Shown one piece after another: positions 36,220 to 49,363 of a DNA stretch of 64,000 nt. Both the position numbers and the translations under genes were made by a program. The stretch's first letter is position 1. Every line of letters begins with the position of its first letter. Source of the DNA: Octopus sinensis (lineage: Eukaryota); assembly GCF_006345805.1 (NCBI RefSeq), contig NC_043022.1, forward strand, positions 1,550,001-1,614,000. Reading direction: 5' to 3'. The notes under the pieces are model-generated. The model was not told the DNA's origin. It was given only the letters and a program-made list of their open reading frames with translations, and did not search any database.

Positions 36220-36507
36220 TCACTCGCCGTCCTCCGGGGCATCGCCTTTCCCATTTTGTTCTCCAGAATCCTGAGGCGGACCGAAAAGTCTCAGGTCCCT
36301 TAAATATAATTTACGGAGCTGGAGCAAGTTTTTCAGTCCGAATAAGCTTGATGCACGTTCGAACTGGGGAACAAGCTCCTCACTGCGTTTTACCACGGAG
36401 AATATATCTCGCTTGTTGACAAACGGTGTGTGTACACCTGGGCCAGCTCGCAGCGCCACCTGCCTAGACTGTGAGATGTTAACATTTCCGAGTAGTTGTC
36501 TCCTCAT
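36220..36507 (-). CDS. Non-repetitive GC/CpG-rich 95-aa ORF, possible distal septin first exon or unrelated
   Basis: True ATG at 36507, normal amino-acid composition; possible donors at 36394 (phase 0, gtaaaa) and 36224 (phase 2, gtgaga). No recognisable domain. Confidence 0.15.
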   Translation of the reverse strand: MRRQLLGNVNISQSRQVALRAGPGVHTPFVNKRDIFSVVKRSEELVPQFERASSLFGLKNLLQLRKLYLRDLRLFGPPQDSGEQNGKGDAPEDGE

Positions 36508-36929
36508 CGGTCACAAACACTAAGCAGACGACACTGCGGGCTGAATGAAGAGATTAACTCTCTTGCTTTTCCAGTCATCGTGAGACGACTGGCAATGCTA
36601 TATGGCAGCTCAACGCAAGTAAATTGCCACGCCTCGAAGAATATTTTTAGACGAATGAAACGACTCCAATATCTATTTTAAAGTCTGGTACTTATTCTAT
36701 CGGTCATTTTTGCCGAATCGCTAAGTTATGGAACGTAAACACACCAACACCGGTTGCCAATTGGTGATGGTGGTGGACAAACGCACCACCAACACAAATA
36801 TGTACACAACAGACTTCGTTCAGTTTCCGTCTACCAGTTCCACTCACAAAAGTTTGTCCAAGGTTCCACGCAGTGGGACTGAACCCAGAACCATACCTAT
36901 GCCCGTATGTTAAACAAAAGTAAATACCC

Positions 36930-37290
36930 TTTTCTCTCTACGTTTATTAGTAAGGATAAAGACCTCTTTCGGTCAAGAATGGTCATGGGATTGCGCCTAG
37001 AAAATTTCCCTCCGTGACACAAGTCCGGGCAAGGTTTATGGAAGACCGGTAGTCGACCATGCATACCGGCCTCCCCTCTCCACGCCACCAGTCTTATCCA
37101 AGGGAAAGGCAAAGGAGCCGATACAGCTTGGCACCAGTGATGTCTCAACTCATTTCTACAGCTGAGTGGACTGGAGCAAGGTGAAATAAAGTGTCTTGCT
37201 CAAGAACCCAACACACAGCCCGGTCTGGAAATCGAACTCACGACCGCGCGAATGTAAATCCGAAGCTCTAACCACTGAGCCATGTGTACT
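36930..37290 (-). mobile_element. SINE family D (tRNA head, gtgttcttgagcaagacactttatttcac core)
   Basis: Other copies at 2045-2240, 3910-4105, 14060-14350, 16255-16375 and 25690-25900. Confidence 0.75.
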
Positions 37291-37852
37291 AGTAGTATTA
37301 CCAGTAATAGTAAGAAAGGTAGAAGGAAGACGTTAAAACCGTTTACAAGGAGAGGAACGAAAAGAAGAGAGTTGGTAGAGGGGAGAGAAAAGGGGGGGGA
37401 CGTATGTGGGAGGCAGTTGTTGGCGGAAGTGAAGTAAAGGTACTTATTAGTTGAGAATGGATCTTTTCTGTTGAACGCGTTTGCTAATTATTGATTACAA
37501 GTTTGCTTGACGAAGATCGAAGCTTAATCAAAACAACAAGGTCGTTTAATTGATTGAAAACCGAAGTGAAAGAGTATCGGATGTGTTAGGCGTATTAAAG
37601 GTAATGAGGTAGACAGATCGATTCACTAACAAAATAATTGGCCAATCAGAGATTCGATCATTGAACCTATTTCTCTCAGGATAGACACTAAATGTATTCG
37701 CGTGTGTAAACAGGATACTGTAAAGCGTGGCACAATACGCAACCAAAGGTTGGGCTCAGTAGGTGCCACACTCAACTCCAGTACCTACTGCAGCACGACA
37801 TGGGGCATCAACCTCGGGATAAACTACTTTCCGGAATACGAGCCAAATAATA

Positions 37853-38123
37853 GAAATAATAAAGCAGAAATCAGGTATTGTGTACAATGCTTTAAAGAAC
37901 ATTACGAGTGTTTCAACAAAAATGCTGTAATTATTGCATAATTGTTGTAGAAACATTATACAAGTCTTGCAGTTTATTTCATCAGCGGGACACTGATGAG
38001 GTGAGTTGTTAGATGGCGTAATATTTCTACAACTGTTATGTAATTTTTACGGCATTTTCACGAAACGCGTGCGTGTCCTTTAAAGCATTGAATACCATAC
38101 CTGCTTTCTGCTTTTATTATTTC
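37853..38123. repeat. Diverged palindrome (about 130-bp arms, 7-nt spacer) centred on TCATCAG/CTGATGA
   Basis: gaaataataaagcagaaatcaggtatt...ttcatcag versus ctgatgag...acctgctttctgcttttattatttc. Confidence 0.8.
37986..38078 (+). ncRNA. Degenerate hammerhead motif at the centre of a large palindrome
   Basis: GGACA-CTGATGA-G-GTGAG...TTCAC-GAAA-CGCGT-GC-GTGTCC; cleavage position is G (non-canonical). Confidence 0.45.
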
Positions 38124-38154
38124 AGTCTATCAAAGGCGGCGAGCTGGCAGAAGC

Positions 38155-38345
38155 GTTAGCACGCCGGGCCAAGTGCTTAGCGGTATTTCGGCTGCCGCTA
38201 CGTTCTGAGTTCAAAATCCGCCGAGGTCGACTTTGCCTTTCATCCTTTCGGGGTCGGTAAATTAACAGTTGCGTGCTGGGGTCGATCTAATCGACTGGCC
38301 CTCTCCCCCAAAATTTCGGGTTTTATGCCTAGAGTAGAAAAGATT
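38155..38345 (+). mobile_element. SINE family B
   Basis: Same consensus. Confidence 0.8.
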
Positions 38346-38356
38346 ATTTCAATCTA

Positions 38357-38397
<41 letters not shown>

Positions 38398-38959
38398 TCA
38401 TACACACGTACAAATCTGTTGGGTAATGATCCGGGGGGAAAATGTCCTTAATACAAATGTAGAGTGCAGTACTTTAAGGCAGTCCAGTGGCCTATTACTG
38501 TAAACCAGCTTACACACACACACACTCTCTCTCACCCACCCAGAATATAGAAAAGACGGTCATTGTCTTAACATATCTAGAATAAAAAATAAAACCCAAG
38601 AAAACATCATAATAAACTAGTCAGTCACTGCAACTGCTGCTCCATACATTAACGGATCCAGTGGATGTTAACTCTGCTCAGCAGAAAAATAAATACGATT
38701 TTATAAAAAGACTACATACTATTAAAACAGCAGCAAAAACCGAACCGGTTTCTAAGTGCCGAAATGATGATTGCTATCTCTGGAAACTTTCAAATTGCAA
38801 GGTCCTTTTTTTCTATGAAAATCCCTATTTTTTACGATTGACCTCTGTGTCGCCATTTTCGGTGTATTTCAACCAGAAAAATGTTCACTTAAAGAGAATA
38901 ACAAGTTACATAATGCAAAATTTTTACTTTTCAAAAATTCCAATTCTAAAGGGTCGAAA

Positions 38960-38992
38960 CAAACCCAAGCAACGCCGGGCGATACTGCTAGT
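38960..38992 (+). mobile_element. Probable Helitron 3' terminus
   Basis: cccaagcaacgccggg weak hairpin followed by CTAG|T. Confidence 0.4.
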
Positions 38993-39971
38993 ATTTTATA
39001 CAAATATTTTACAAAATTCACACACACAAACACACAGAGTTTGCTATTGAACACCTCCGGCTTCGTTATAACAACATCATTTTTCACTAAAATAAATTTT
39101 TAGAATAATTCTTTCATATTTGTATTATTTTTACTTTTAATTTTTTTTAAAACTTCCATTCATTATTTTCATTGCTTCTATTAAATTCTCTCTTCGTTTT
39201 TATAGTTAATAATGCATGTTATGTGTTACATATGTATTGTATTAGATATTTCATTCAAACTCTTTCTATTCTATTTTAGTACGTTTTCTTACCCGCTTTG
39301 TTATTTCCTTTCTTGTATCTCCATTTTTTTTCCTTGTTTCATTACAATATTTCCCTTTGTTTCGTTTATATTCCTTTTATCACAGCCTATTTTATATGAT
39401 ATTTAAACTTCATAGCATCATATGCCATTTATTAAATACATTATATTGGCGTCTTCTATTATATTACATATATATTATACATAATTGAAATTCCATTCAA
39501 TTTTTCTATTCATTTCGCTTGATTGAATTTTATAGTGAATATCGTTGCCACTTCGCATGGATATAGACACACACGGATATGTGTGTGTGCGTTACAAATT
39601 TGTCGGTGTATATATGTGGTTATATCAGGATATGTTTAGCAACAGATACGTGAATATAAACACATACGTGTATGCGTATGTGTTTATATTCATGTATACC
39701 TCTATGTATGTAGACGTGGATGTTCTGTTCATGCATACGTCTGTGTATATAGATGTGTGTGTATATGTTTCTGTGTAGAGGTAGGTTGGCGCACGAGTGT
39801 ATATGAATGTGTTTGAACACACGTGCCTGCAAATGTATATATGTATTTGCGTACTTGTAAGTATACGGATAAATTGTGTGTGGGTGTGTAAATATTTGCC
39901 CACATTCGTAAGTGTAAAATTGAGTGTATATGCGTGTATGCATATGTACATATGCCCGTATGTGTGTATGC

Positions 39972-40016
<45 letters not shown>

Positions 40017-40104
40017 ATGTAAGTACGTATTGTATACGTCACACACACATACATATAAGAAAAAGTGTGTTAATGAGCGAGAAATTAAAATGCACAGGAG
40101 TGTG

Positions 40105-40148
<44 letters not shown>

Positions 40149-40274
40149 GAGGGCTCAATATTAAATTTACAAGATAAGTTAATATTAAATATCATGGTGT
40201 ATGTCAGCTCGTGACCGAGTAAGACCACTTCTTATGCTCAATAAGTCCATACAAACGTTCTGAGAATCCAGAAA

Positions 40275-40690
40275 GTTTTGGAAGTGCTTGGAGCCTTGAT
40301 CAGTTGATAACAGTTTCTTCAATGGCTCTGGCGGTTGGGGGATTGCAGGGAGTTGAACCTATCCACCACTGCAACACAGTGCAGGTGTCTCTCCAGGCCA
40401 CTCCCTTGCTTTACAATGTATGCACTCAGTTGTCATTTGCACCAATGGCAACTCTAGTGTCATCTGCATAATGAACTGCTGGACCATAATTGAAAACGGC
40501 TTCATAGAAGTTGCTTCTCTGAACTGTTGCAACTGCTCTTCGTTCTGCAGTGGAGATCCTATTCCTTGTCAGCCGTGCATACCTCTGTTCATCACTTTGA
40601 GATGCTCTGGCTTTTGTAGTGCACGGTCTGTTCGTTTCTTGCTATGCTTCCCTTTCTGCAGCTGTCTCTCTTTCCCTGGACAGAGACCTT
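40275..40690 (-). pseudogene. Decayed Helitron Rep/helicase N-terminal fragment
   Basis: VFNYGPAVHYADDTRVAIGA/MTTECIHCKAREWPGETPALCCSGG*VQLPAIPQPPEPLKKLLSTDQGSKHF; the CxxCxA..W..E....CC..G.V.LP...PPEPL motif is typical of Helitron RepHel. Confidence 0.75.
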
Positions 40691-41517
40691 CATTTGGCTG
40701 ACTTGACATTGTAGACAAATTTGACACTTTCCTTCTAGGCATGGTTATAAACGTATACAGAAATACACGAGTGCAGAAGATAGTAAACAATGAAAATGAC
40801 TGGGGAACGAAAATTATATTTCTTAATACGACGGACAGAAAGTAAATAAGACATTTTTACGGAAAATAAAGTATTGTATGGGGTTGAAGCGAAATTTGTT
40901 TCTTGGTGAACCAAAGAGCCAGTATCGAAGGATCCAGAAAAAAACCCGTCAACGACAGAAACATACAAAACCGTTGCAAAAGTAATCGAACTTGTTAACA
41001 ATTCGGCCACAAAGCGTACACGAACACGCATGCATGTGTGCACGCATTCAAATTAAGTCTGCAGTGCACGTTTGCCTCTGCCGTATCTAATATGCACATC
41101 AACACTTGCAAGTGCGTGTGTGTGCGTGTGTATGCATGCATGTATGTTTGTCTGTATGATTCCGAACGCTATGCAAAGTGTATTATATATGCATGCGAAC
41201 GGATCGGGTGTATAACGGGTGGTTAATTGCGGAAGTGTATAAGGAGGGTCAGACTGCAGTCGAATAAATTCTCTCGCAATATATATATATACATATATAT
41301 ATATAATGTGTGTGGGTGTATGTGTGTGTGTATGCGTTCTATATCTATTAAATGCATGCGTTAGAGAGACAGAATTATAGCATATAATAATAAAAGATAA
41401 ACCGCATCCTCCTCCCCCCGCTGGCAGTGGCGGGGTGAGGCGAGGGTGGTGCTCAAACAAACAGCAGTGTTGCTGCCATTAAAACAATGGGATCCTCCTA
41501 GCAATAACGATTCCACC

Positions 41518-41588
<71 letters not shown>

Positions 41589-41604
41589 ACACGCACACAC
41601 ACAC

Positions 41605-41648
<44 letters not shown>

Positions 41649-42231
41649 ACACACACACACACACACACACACCACAGACAGACACACACACACACAAACA
41701 CGCACACACACACTCACACACACACACACTCACACACTCACACACACACACACACACACACACGCACATATAGAAAACTGCCGGCGTTTGAAGCTCTCTC
41801 CCACTCACTCACTCTCCAATCTCTTCCCTCTGCCCTTGTATTATTTCACTCTCGCCAGTTCTCACAGCCGAGAGAAACCTGTGTTATAGCACACGGCCTA
41901 ATGGCCGGATATCCTTCTTCCTACACTTCTGTTCCGTTATTTTTCCACCCGTATCCATCCATCCAACCAGCCAACATAACTAAATGCAATGCACCCCACC
42001 CACCTCCACCCTTATTATCTCCCCTCTTAGCTCGCTCTCGTGTTTCCTTTCTCTTCACGTGCAGGCACCAGTCACGTCCACGAACCGAGCAATGTTCTAA
42101 GCCAGCCCTGGCCAACTCGAATTACATTGCGGCCCACTTTAATCACAGAGGGCCGCCAACATACTGACAGAATTGAAGGCATTTCGCTTTCTCATGCTTT
42201 TACTACAATAACGAATGAATCATCGTTGATT

Positions 42232-42615
42232 GTGGAGGCGCAATGGCCCAGTGGTTAGGGCAGCGGACTCGCGGTCATAGGATCGCGGTTTCGATTCCCA
42301 GACCGGGCGTTGTGAGTGTTTATTGAGCGAAAACACCTAAAGCTCCATGAGGCTCCGGCAGGGGATGGTGGTGATCCCTGCTGTACTCTTTCACCACAAC
42401 TTTCTCTCACTCTTACTTCCTGTTTCTGTTGTACCTGTATTTCAAGGGGCCGGCCTTGTCACTCTCTGTGTCACGCTGAATATCCCCGAGAACTACGTTA
42501 AGGGTACACGTGTCTGTGGAGTGCTCAGCCACTTACGCGTTAATTTCACGAGCAGGCTGTTCCGTTCATCGGATCAACCTGAACCCTCGTCGTCGTAACC
42601 GACGGAGTGCTTCCA
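42232..42615 (+). mobile_element. SINE family E (tRNA-derived head ggcgcaatggcccagtggttagggcagcggactcg)
   Basis: A and B boxes clear; the same head occurs with different bodies at 26755-27055 (+), 63466-63760 (-) and 21605-21912 (-). Confidence 0.8.
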
Positions 42616-43080
42616 TCCATTATCGTTGCAAAAACAGTTGTATCTTTCTTTCTTAACTTTTCATTACAACCTTTAATTTTTGATGAAATTTTTTAAATGC
42701 TTGTTTAAATAAACCCACTTCAAGAAAGTATCGAGCAGGCCGCATGCAGCCCGCGGGCCTCAATGTGGCCTGTCCTGTTCTAAGCGACCTGCTAGAAATA
42801 AGTAAATCTCCCTTCAATTACATTCTCATTTTTTTAATTTTAAAGGTCTACATTAGCTAATGATAAGTGTAAAAATATAAAAAAAACTAAAAAGAAAATA
42901 GGATAGAAAGTGAGTGAGGGTGAGAGAGGCGGTGGCGGAGAGATATACAAAGATAAAGAGAGAGGAGGCAGAGATAGAAAGAAATGTATGCGGCAGTGGA
43001 CCTCCACCGGTTTCGACGGCGAGAATTCAGGGTTATATAAGAAAGTCCGAAACAAAGAGAGAAGCCACTTAGTGTAAGGG

Positions 43081-43479
43081 ACTCTTTTACTTGTTTCAGT
43101 CATTTGACTGCGGCCATGCTGGAGCACCGCCTTTAGTCGAGCAAATCGACCCCAGGACTTATTCTTTGTAAGCCTAGTACTTATTCTATCGGTGTCTTTT
43201 GCCGAACCGCTAAGTTACGGGGACGTAAACACACCAGCGTCGGTTGTCAAGCGATGTTGGGGGGACAAACACGCGCACACACACACACACACCACACATA
43301 TATATATACATACATATATACGACGAGCTTCCTTCAGTTTCCGTCTACCAAATCCACTCACAAGGCTTTGGTCGGCCCGAGGCTGTAGTAGAAGATATTT
43401 GCCCAAGGTGCCACGTAGTGGGACTGAACCTGGAACCATGTGGTTCGTAGGCAAGCTACTGACCACACAGCCACTCCTA
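43081..43479 (-). mobile_element. SINE family A, putative source of the 240-bp inverted copy
   Basis: Same consensus; no TTTT run on its sense strand. Confidence 0.85.
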
Positions 43480-43494
43480 CGACGATTAGAGGGA

Positions 43495-43990
43495 GAAAGT
43501 ATGACGAAAGGAATGAATGTACTTTTGACTTGGAAGAGTTCAGGTCAGAAGAAGGAGGAAATCAATGAAATGGAAAAGAGTTCCAGAGTGTGGCAGTTCA
43601 AGGGAAAAAAGAAAACGCTACGATCATAGAAAGACTTCATTATTTGTGGAAGTACAACAACATTTGGATGAAGGCTCTGTGATTTCGGAGCCAGTCGAGA
43701 TGTCACAAAGTGGTCTGGAACTGAGAGAGGAAATACATCAGAGCCATTCCTGCAGCAATAACGATAGAAAAGACTTCAGATTGGTGCGACAAGGGTTGCA
43801 GAGTTGATAGCGGAACTGAGAGAAAGCTCATCAAAAGCACTTCCTGTGGCAATAACGATAGGAAGGATTAAGACTAGCGACGTCACGTCGATGTCACAAG
43901 GGCTGTGGGGTTGAAGCATGAGAAGGGCCAATCAAATTAGAGCCTCGCTTTTTCAGAATTTTCATAGAAAAAAAAAACACCTTTTTGATG
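43495..43990 (-). pseudogene. LINE ORF2 C-terminal remnant; a second 3'-end piece lies at 44233-44282 (+)
   Basis: Frameshifted RRDVASL..YRYCHRKC / SLFYRYCCRNGSD / TATLWNSFPFH*FPPSSDLNSSKSKV, resembling CR1/Jockey-group C-termini. Confidence 0.6.
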
Positions 43991-45481
43991 TAGCATGGCC
44001 GCAGTCAAATGACTGAAACAAGTAAAAGAGTCCCTTACACTAAGTGGCTTCTCTCTTTGTTTCGGACTTTCTTATATAACCCTGAATTCTCGCCGTCGAA
44101 ACCGGTGGAGGTCCACTGCCGCATACATTTCTTTCTATCTCTGCCTCCTCTCTCTTTATCTTTGTATATCTCTCCGCCACCGCCTCTCTCACCCTCACTC
44201 ACTTTCTATCCTATTTTCTTTTTAGTTTTTTATGATCTGAACTATTTCAAGTCTAAAGTAAATTCATTCCTTTCGTCATAATTCGGTTACCTCTGGCCAG
44301 TTTGAAACATGTGGAATCTTTTTGAGGTCGTAAATCTCTGTTTATTACTTAAACGGGTGGGTTGCCGAAAATGTGCGCATACATAGACACATCATACATA
44401 TATTTCACATGCTACGCACACACAACAGTATTCCATGCAAGGACGAATTGTAGACTAGTGAAGATCGACTGAACTATTTGCCGCAGTGGTTGAGTATTCC
44501 TGAGTGTACTTTTTAATATAATTCTCAAGCATACTGAGCGTGATACCGAGGCGACAAGAATGGACGGTTTGAATGACAGGTATGTTTCATTCGGGTGGCT
44601 TCTGAGTTTCTCTCTCTATGTAGTTTCACTCGTAAAGTTTGGGTTAGTCAGAGGCTGGAGACTCTGGCGTTTGTCCAGTTGTCGGGACTTCGAAGTTACG
44701 AAGCGAACTTTGTTAAGCGTTTGGCTGTACTCTGCCCACGAAATATATGGAGTGAAGCAGGGGGGAAAATGTCGGAGGGAGAACGATATGGAAAGGGAAA
44801 GAGAGAGGGGGGAGGGGATACGTAGTGAGACACGTAGAGAGATAGGAAAGGAGAGAGATATGTAGAGGGAGATTTGTAAAGAGAGAGAGAGAGAGAGATG
44901 TAGAGGGAGATACGCAAAGAGAGAGAGAGATGTAGAGGGAGATATGTGAAGAGAGAGATGTAGAGAGAGATATGTAAAGAGAGAGAGAGAAAGAGATATA
45001 GAGGGAGATACGCAAAGAGAGAGAGAGAGAGAGATACGTAGGGAGATGGGGAAAGAGAGTGATATGAAGAGGGTAGGGAGAGAGAAATGTAGAGAGGCAA
45101 AAATGAATCCGATAGGAAAAGAATAAGAGGGAGGCAGAGAGAGAGAGATGGGGAAAGGAGAGAGGTACGAAGAGTGATAGGTAGAGATATGTAGAGAGGG
45201 AGAGAGAAATATGTAAGGAGAGAGGGAAAGTGTGTGAGAGAGAGAGCGAAGAGGCTAGAATAAAGGGAAATAACAGAAAGGAATTTCCATCTGTTGCTCT
45301 CCTTCTCTCCTTCCTCCCCACCCCACATTAAATAGAACCGAATTTAAAACGTTTGGAATTTCTTGAGGTAGGAAATACCCGTTTATTGCTTAAACGGGTG
45401 GGCTGCCAAACATAGGCGCGTGCATTCACGTATATAGGGTACATCATACACATATTACACATGCTGCACGTTACATACATA

Positions 45482-45532
<51 letters not shown>

Positions 45533-46009
45533 ATATGTGCACACGCACTCACACACAAACACGCATACACATGCTAACACACATACACACTCACGCATAC
45601 GCCCACAGACACAAACCTGCATGCACACGCAAATACATACGCGCACACATACACAAATACGTGCACGCACACGCATATACATATATGTATATGTACACAC
45701 ACACACACATGTATACTCGCACACAGATTTATACGCGCACACATACACGTATACGCACACACACACACGTATACGCACACACATGCACACACACACATGT
45801 ATACATGCACACACACGTTTACACACACACGTATACGCACACACACACATGTATACATACACCAACACGTATACACACACACACACACACACACACACAT
45901 GGATACACGCGCGCATACGCATATGCACATATATATGTATACGCACACACACTCATCCATACGCGCACACAGAACCATAGAGGTTTCCAAACCACACACG
46001 TCTTTGTTG

Positions 46010-46042
<33 letters not shown>

Positions 46043-46324
46043 CGCTGGGTGCGGTCCTTTTACGACTACTTCAAATTAATTTCTAAAAGAGAAGCAGATT
46101 TAAACACACACATACACACACACACATACACACACACACACACATACACACACACACACACACACATACACACACACACATACACACACACACACACATA
46201 CACACACGCACACACACACACAATAGAGAGAGAGAAACCAACACCAAAAGTATAGACATGTGCGCGTGAGAAAGCGTTGTAAAAAGACAAAAAAAAAAAA
46301 GCGATAAAATCTGAATGTCATGTA

Positions 46325-46537
46325 CACTCTTTTACTTTTCTCAGTCATTTGACTGTGACCATGCTGGAGCATCGCCTTTTAGTCGACCCCAGGGCTTATT
46401 CTTTGTAAGCCTAGTATTTATTCTATCGGTCTCTTTTGCCGAACCGCTAGTTTAAGGGAACATAAACACACCAGCATCGGTTGTCAAGCGATTGTGGGGG
46501 AACAAACACAGACACACAAACATATACACACACGTAC

Positions 46538-46582
<45 letters not shown>

Positions 46583-46760
46583 CATACATACATACATATA
46601 TACAACGGGCTTCTTTCAGTTTCCGTCTACCAAATCCACTCACAAGGCTTTGGCCGGCCCGAGGCTATAGTAAAAGACACTTGCCCAAGATGCCATGCAG
46701 TGGGACTGAACCCGGAACCATGTGGTTCGTAAGCAAACTACTTACCACACAGCCACTCCT
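46325..46760 (-). mobile_element. SINE family A
   Basis: Same consensus. Confidence 0.85.
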
Positions 46761-46789
46761 ACATAATTCTAACTTTTCTTTGGCACAAG

Positions 46790-47640
46790 GCCAGTAATTT
46801 TGAGGTGGGGTGGGGTGGGGAAGTCGATCGCTGGTGCCCCAATGGTACTTATTTTATCGATCCGGAAAGGATGAAAGGTGAAGATGATCTCGATGGAATT
46901 TTGAACTCTGAACGTAGCCGGTCGGGAGAAATACGAGAAAGCCTTCTGTCCGATGCCCTAACGATTCTGCTCATCAACCCTGATTTCCTTTTTGGGGCCC
47001 ACAAAGAAACATCATCATCGTCATCAATAATAGTGATCCTTTCTATTTTGGGGGTGGGGTGGAATAGTCTATTATATCTGCCCCAGTGTTTAACTGGTAC
47101 TTGTTGGCCCCTTCAAGAGGAAAAGCAAACTCAAACTCGGCGGAATTTGAACTCAGAACATAAAGAGCAGGAATATGCATCTAAGCATTTTGTTCGACCC
47201 CCTAAAAACGATTCTGCTAGCTCACCGCCTTAATAATCCTTTCTACTAAAGGCACAAGGCCTGAAATTTGTTGGGGGGGGGGCACAAGTCGATTACATCA
47301 AACCCCAGTGTTTAACTGGTACTTAATTTATCAACCCTGAAAAGGATGAAAGGCAAAGTCGACCTCAGCGGAATTTGAACTCAGAACGTAGTAGCGGACG
47401 AAATAGCTATTTCTATTTCTTTACTACCCACAAGGGGCTAAACACAGAGAGGACAAACAAGGACAGACAAACGGATTAAGTCGATTATATTGACCCCAGT
47501 GCGTAACTGGTACTTATTTAATCGACCCCGAAAGGATGAAAGGCAAAGTCGACCTCGGCGGAATTTGAACTCATAACGTAGCGGCAGACGAAATACCGCT
47601 AAGCATTTGCCCGGCGTGCTAACCATTCTGCCAGCTCAAT
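46790..47640 (-). mobile_element. Cluster of four same-orientation SINE family B copies
   Basis: Repeated aaaggatgaaaggcaaagtcgacctcggcggaatttgaactca. Confidence 0.8.
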
Positions 47641-48224
47641 AATAATGATAATAATAATCCTTTCTACTATAGGCACAAGGCCTGAAATTTGGTGGGGATA
47701 TATATATGGTGGTGGTGGTGGTGGTGATGTCTTTATTAGCCACAAGGGCTCGAAAAAACAAGACAGTACAAAGGGATAAAGTACGAACAGACGTTTCTAA
47801 CACAGGCACGAGGGGTTGGTGTAGGGGACAGATTGATGATGACAAGGATTTGTAATATATAGGTGACAAAGGGCCACGAATTTAGCTGCAGGTAGGGGGG
47901 CGGGCGTGTTGTAGTGGTATGACGAGCAGCTGGGGGGGGGGGTAGAGAAGAGGGTGTGTAGAGCCAAGTGGGGAAAATAGGATTGTTGTTGTTGTTGTTT
48001 GTAACAAACAGCTGTTGATGCTAATTGTTGGTTGTTGATGAGGAAAGCGAATTATTTGAAAGAAAAAATTGTACAAATATAGTCAAGAGACGAGAAAAAA
48101 GTTAGACATTATTAATATATTAATATATCTCTGCCCTGGGGGAAGGGAGTAGGAATGACTCGCTTAACACCATCTGCAGCTACACACACACACACACACA
48201 CACCACCGGTCTCTTTTATATATA

Positions 48225-48266
<42 letters not shown>

Positions 48267-48277
48267 ATATATATATC

Positions 48278-48506
48278 TTTTACTCTTTTACTTGTTTCAG
48301 TCATTTGACTGTGGCCATGCTGGAGCACCGCCTTTAGTCGAGCAAATCGACCTCAGGACTTATTCTTTGTAAGCCTAGTACTTATTCTATCGGTCTCTTT
48401 TGCTGAAGCGCTAAGTTACGGGGACGTAAACACACCAGCATGGGTTGTCAAGCGATGTTGGGGGGGGGGACAAACGCACACATATACATACATACATCAT
48501 ACATAC

Positions 48507-48590
<84 letters not shown>

Positions 48591-48705
48591 GGCTGGCTTC
48601 TGTCAGTTTCCGTCTACCAAATCCACTCACAAAGCTTTGGTCGGCCCGAAGCTATAGTAGAAGACACTTGTCCAAGGACTGAACCCAGAACCATGTAGTT
48701 GGATT
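48278..48705 (-). mobile_element. SINE family A
   Basis: Same consensus. Confidence 0.8.
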
Positions 48706-49363
48706 ATAAACAGCTAGAAAGAAAGAGATGAATAGCAATGTTGGCGAATTTCTCTAACAACAATGAATCCATATAATACGCCACGGAATGCAAGGCAAAA
48801 TAATGAAAAAAAAAATAATAATAATAAAGTCAATCAAAATTTTTCTGCTCCCCTCTTTCCTGATAAATCCAAACGCTCCATTAAAAACTAGGAAATACTT
48901 AAAACATCAGAACATTGTATAGATATCATTGAATGTATTGACAATGAAATAAATGGAAAACGTTATTTCTATTTCCCTATTCACTTCTAGACTGTACTTT
49001 TCACGCAAATAGTCAGCCACTTCGAGGTTTAAACAGGAAACATATTGTCAATTATAAACGAAAACAAAGACGAAAGCTATATCAGAGATGGAAAAAAACG
49101 AAAAAGAAAAAAAAAAAAAAAGCCATTTTCTTTTCTCGTTATATTTTTTCTCTTCCAGTAATGTTTCTATTTCCGGTTTATGACTGGAAATAAAAGACCC
49201 ACTGCCAATATGTGCATGTGTGTGTGTGTGTATATATACACATGCACATATATATATATATAAAGTTAATCCAAACAAGAAAATACAAAAAAACACAGCA
49301 ACGCGAGGACGTGGAACAAATAAAGTATTATTGGACGCTCAGGAAAGAAGGGAAGAAGGAGGG

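Larger units (their letters stand above)
42881..44231. repeat. 240-bp inverted duplication with no mismatch found by eye (42881-43120 versus 43992-44231)
   Basis: Each arm is a SINE 3' tail plus about 200 bp of unique flank. Confidence 0.93.

Noticed and set aside
42232-42310. tRNA-like sequence ggcgcaatggcccagtggttagggcagcggactcgcggtcatagg...gtttcgattcccagacc
   Set aside because: Acceptor and anticodon stems do not close and it continues into a SINE body; it is a SINE head, not a tRNA gene.
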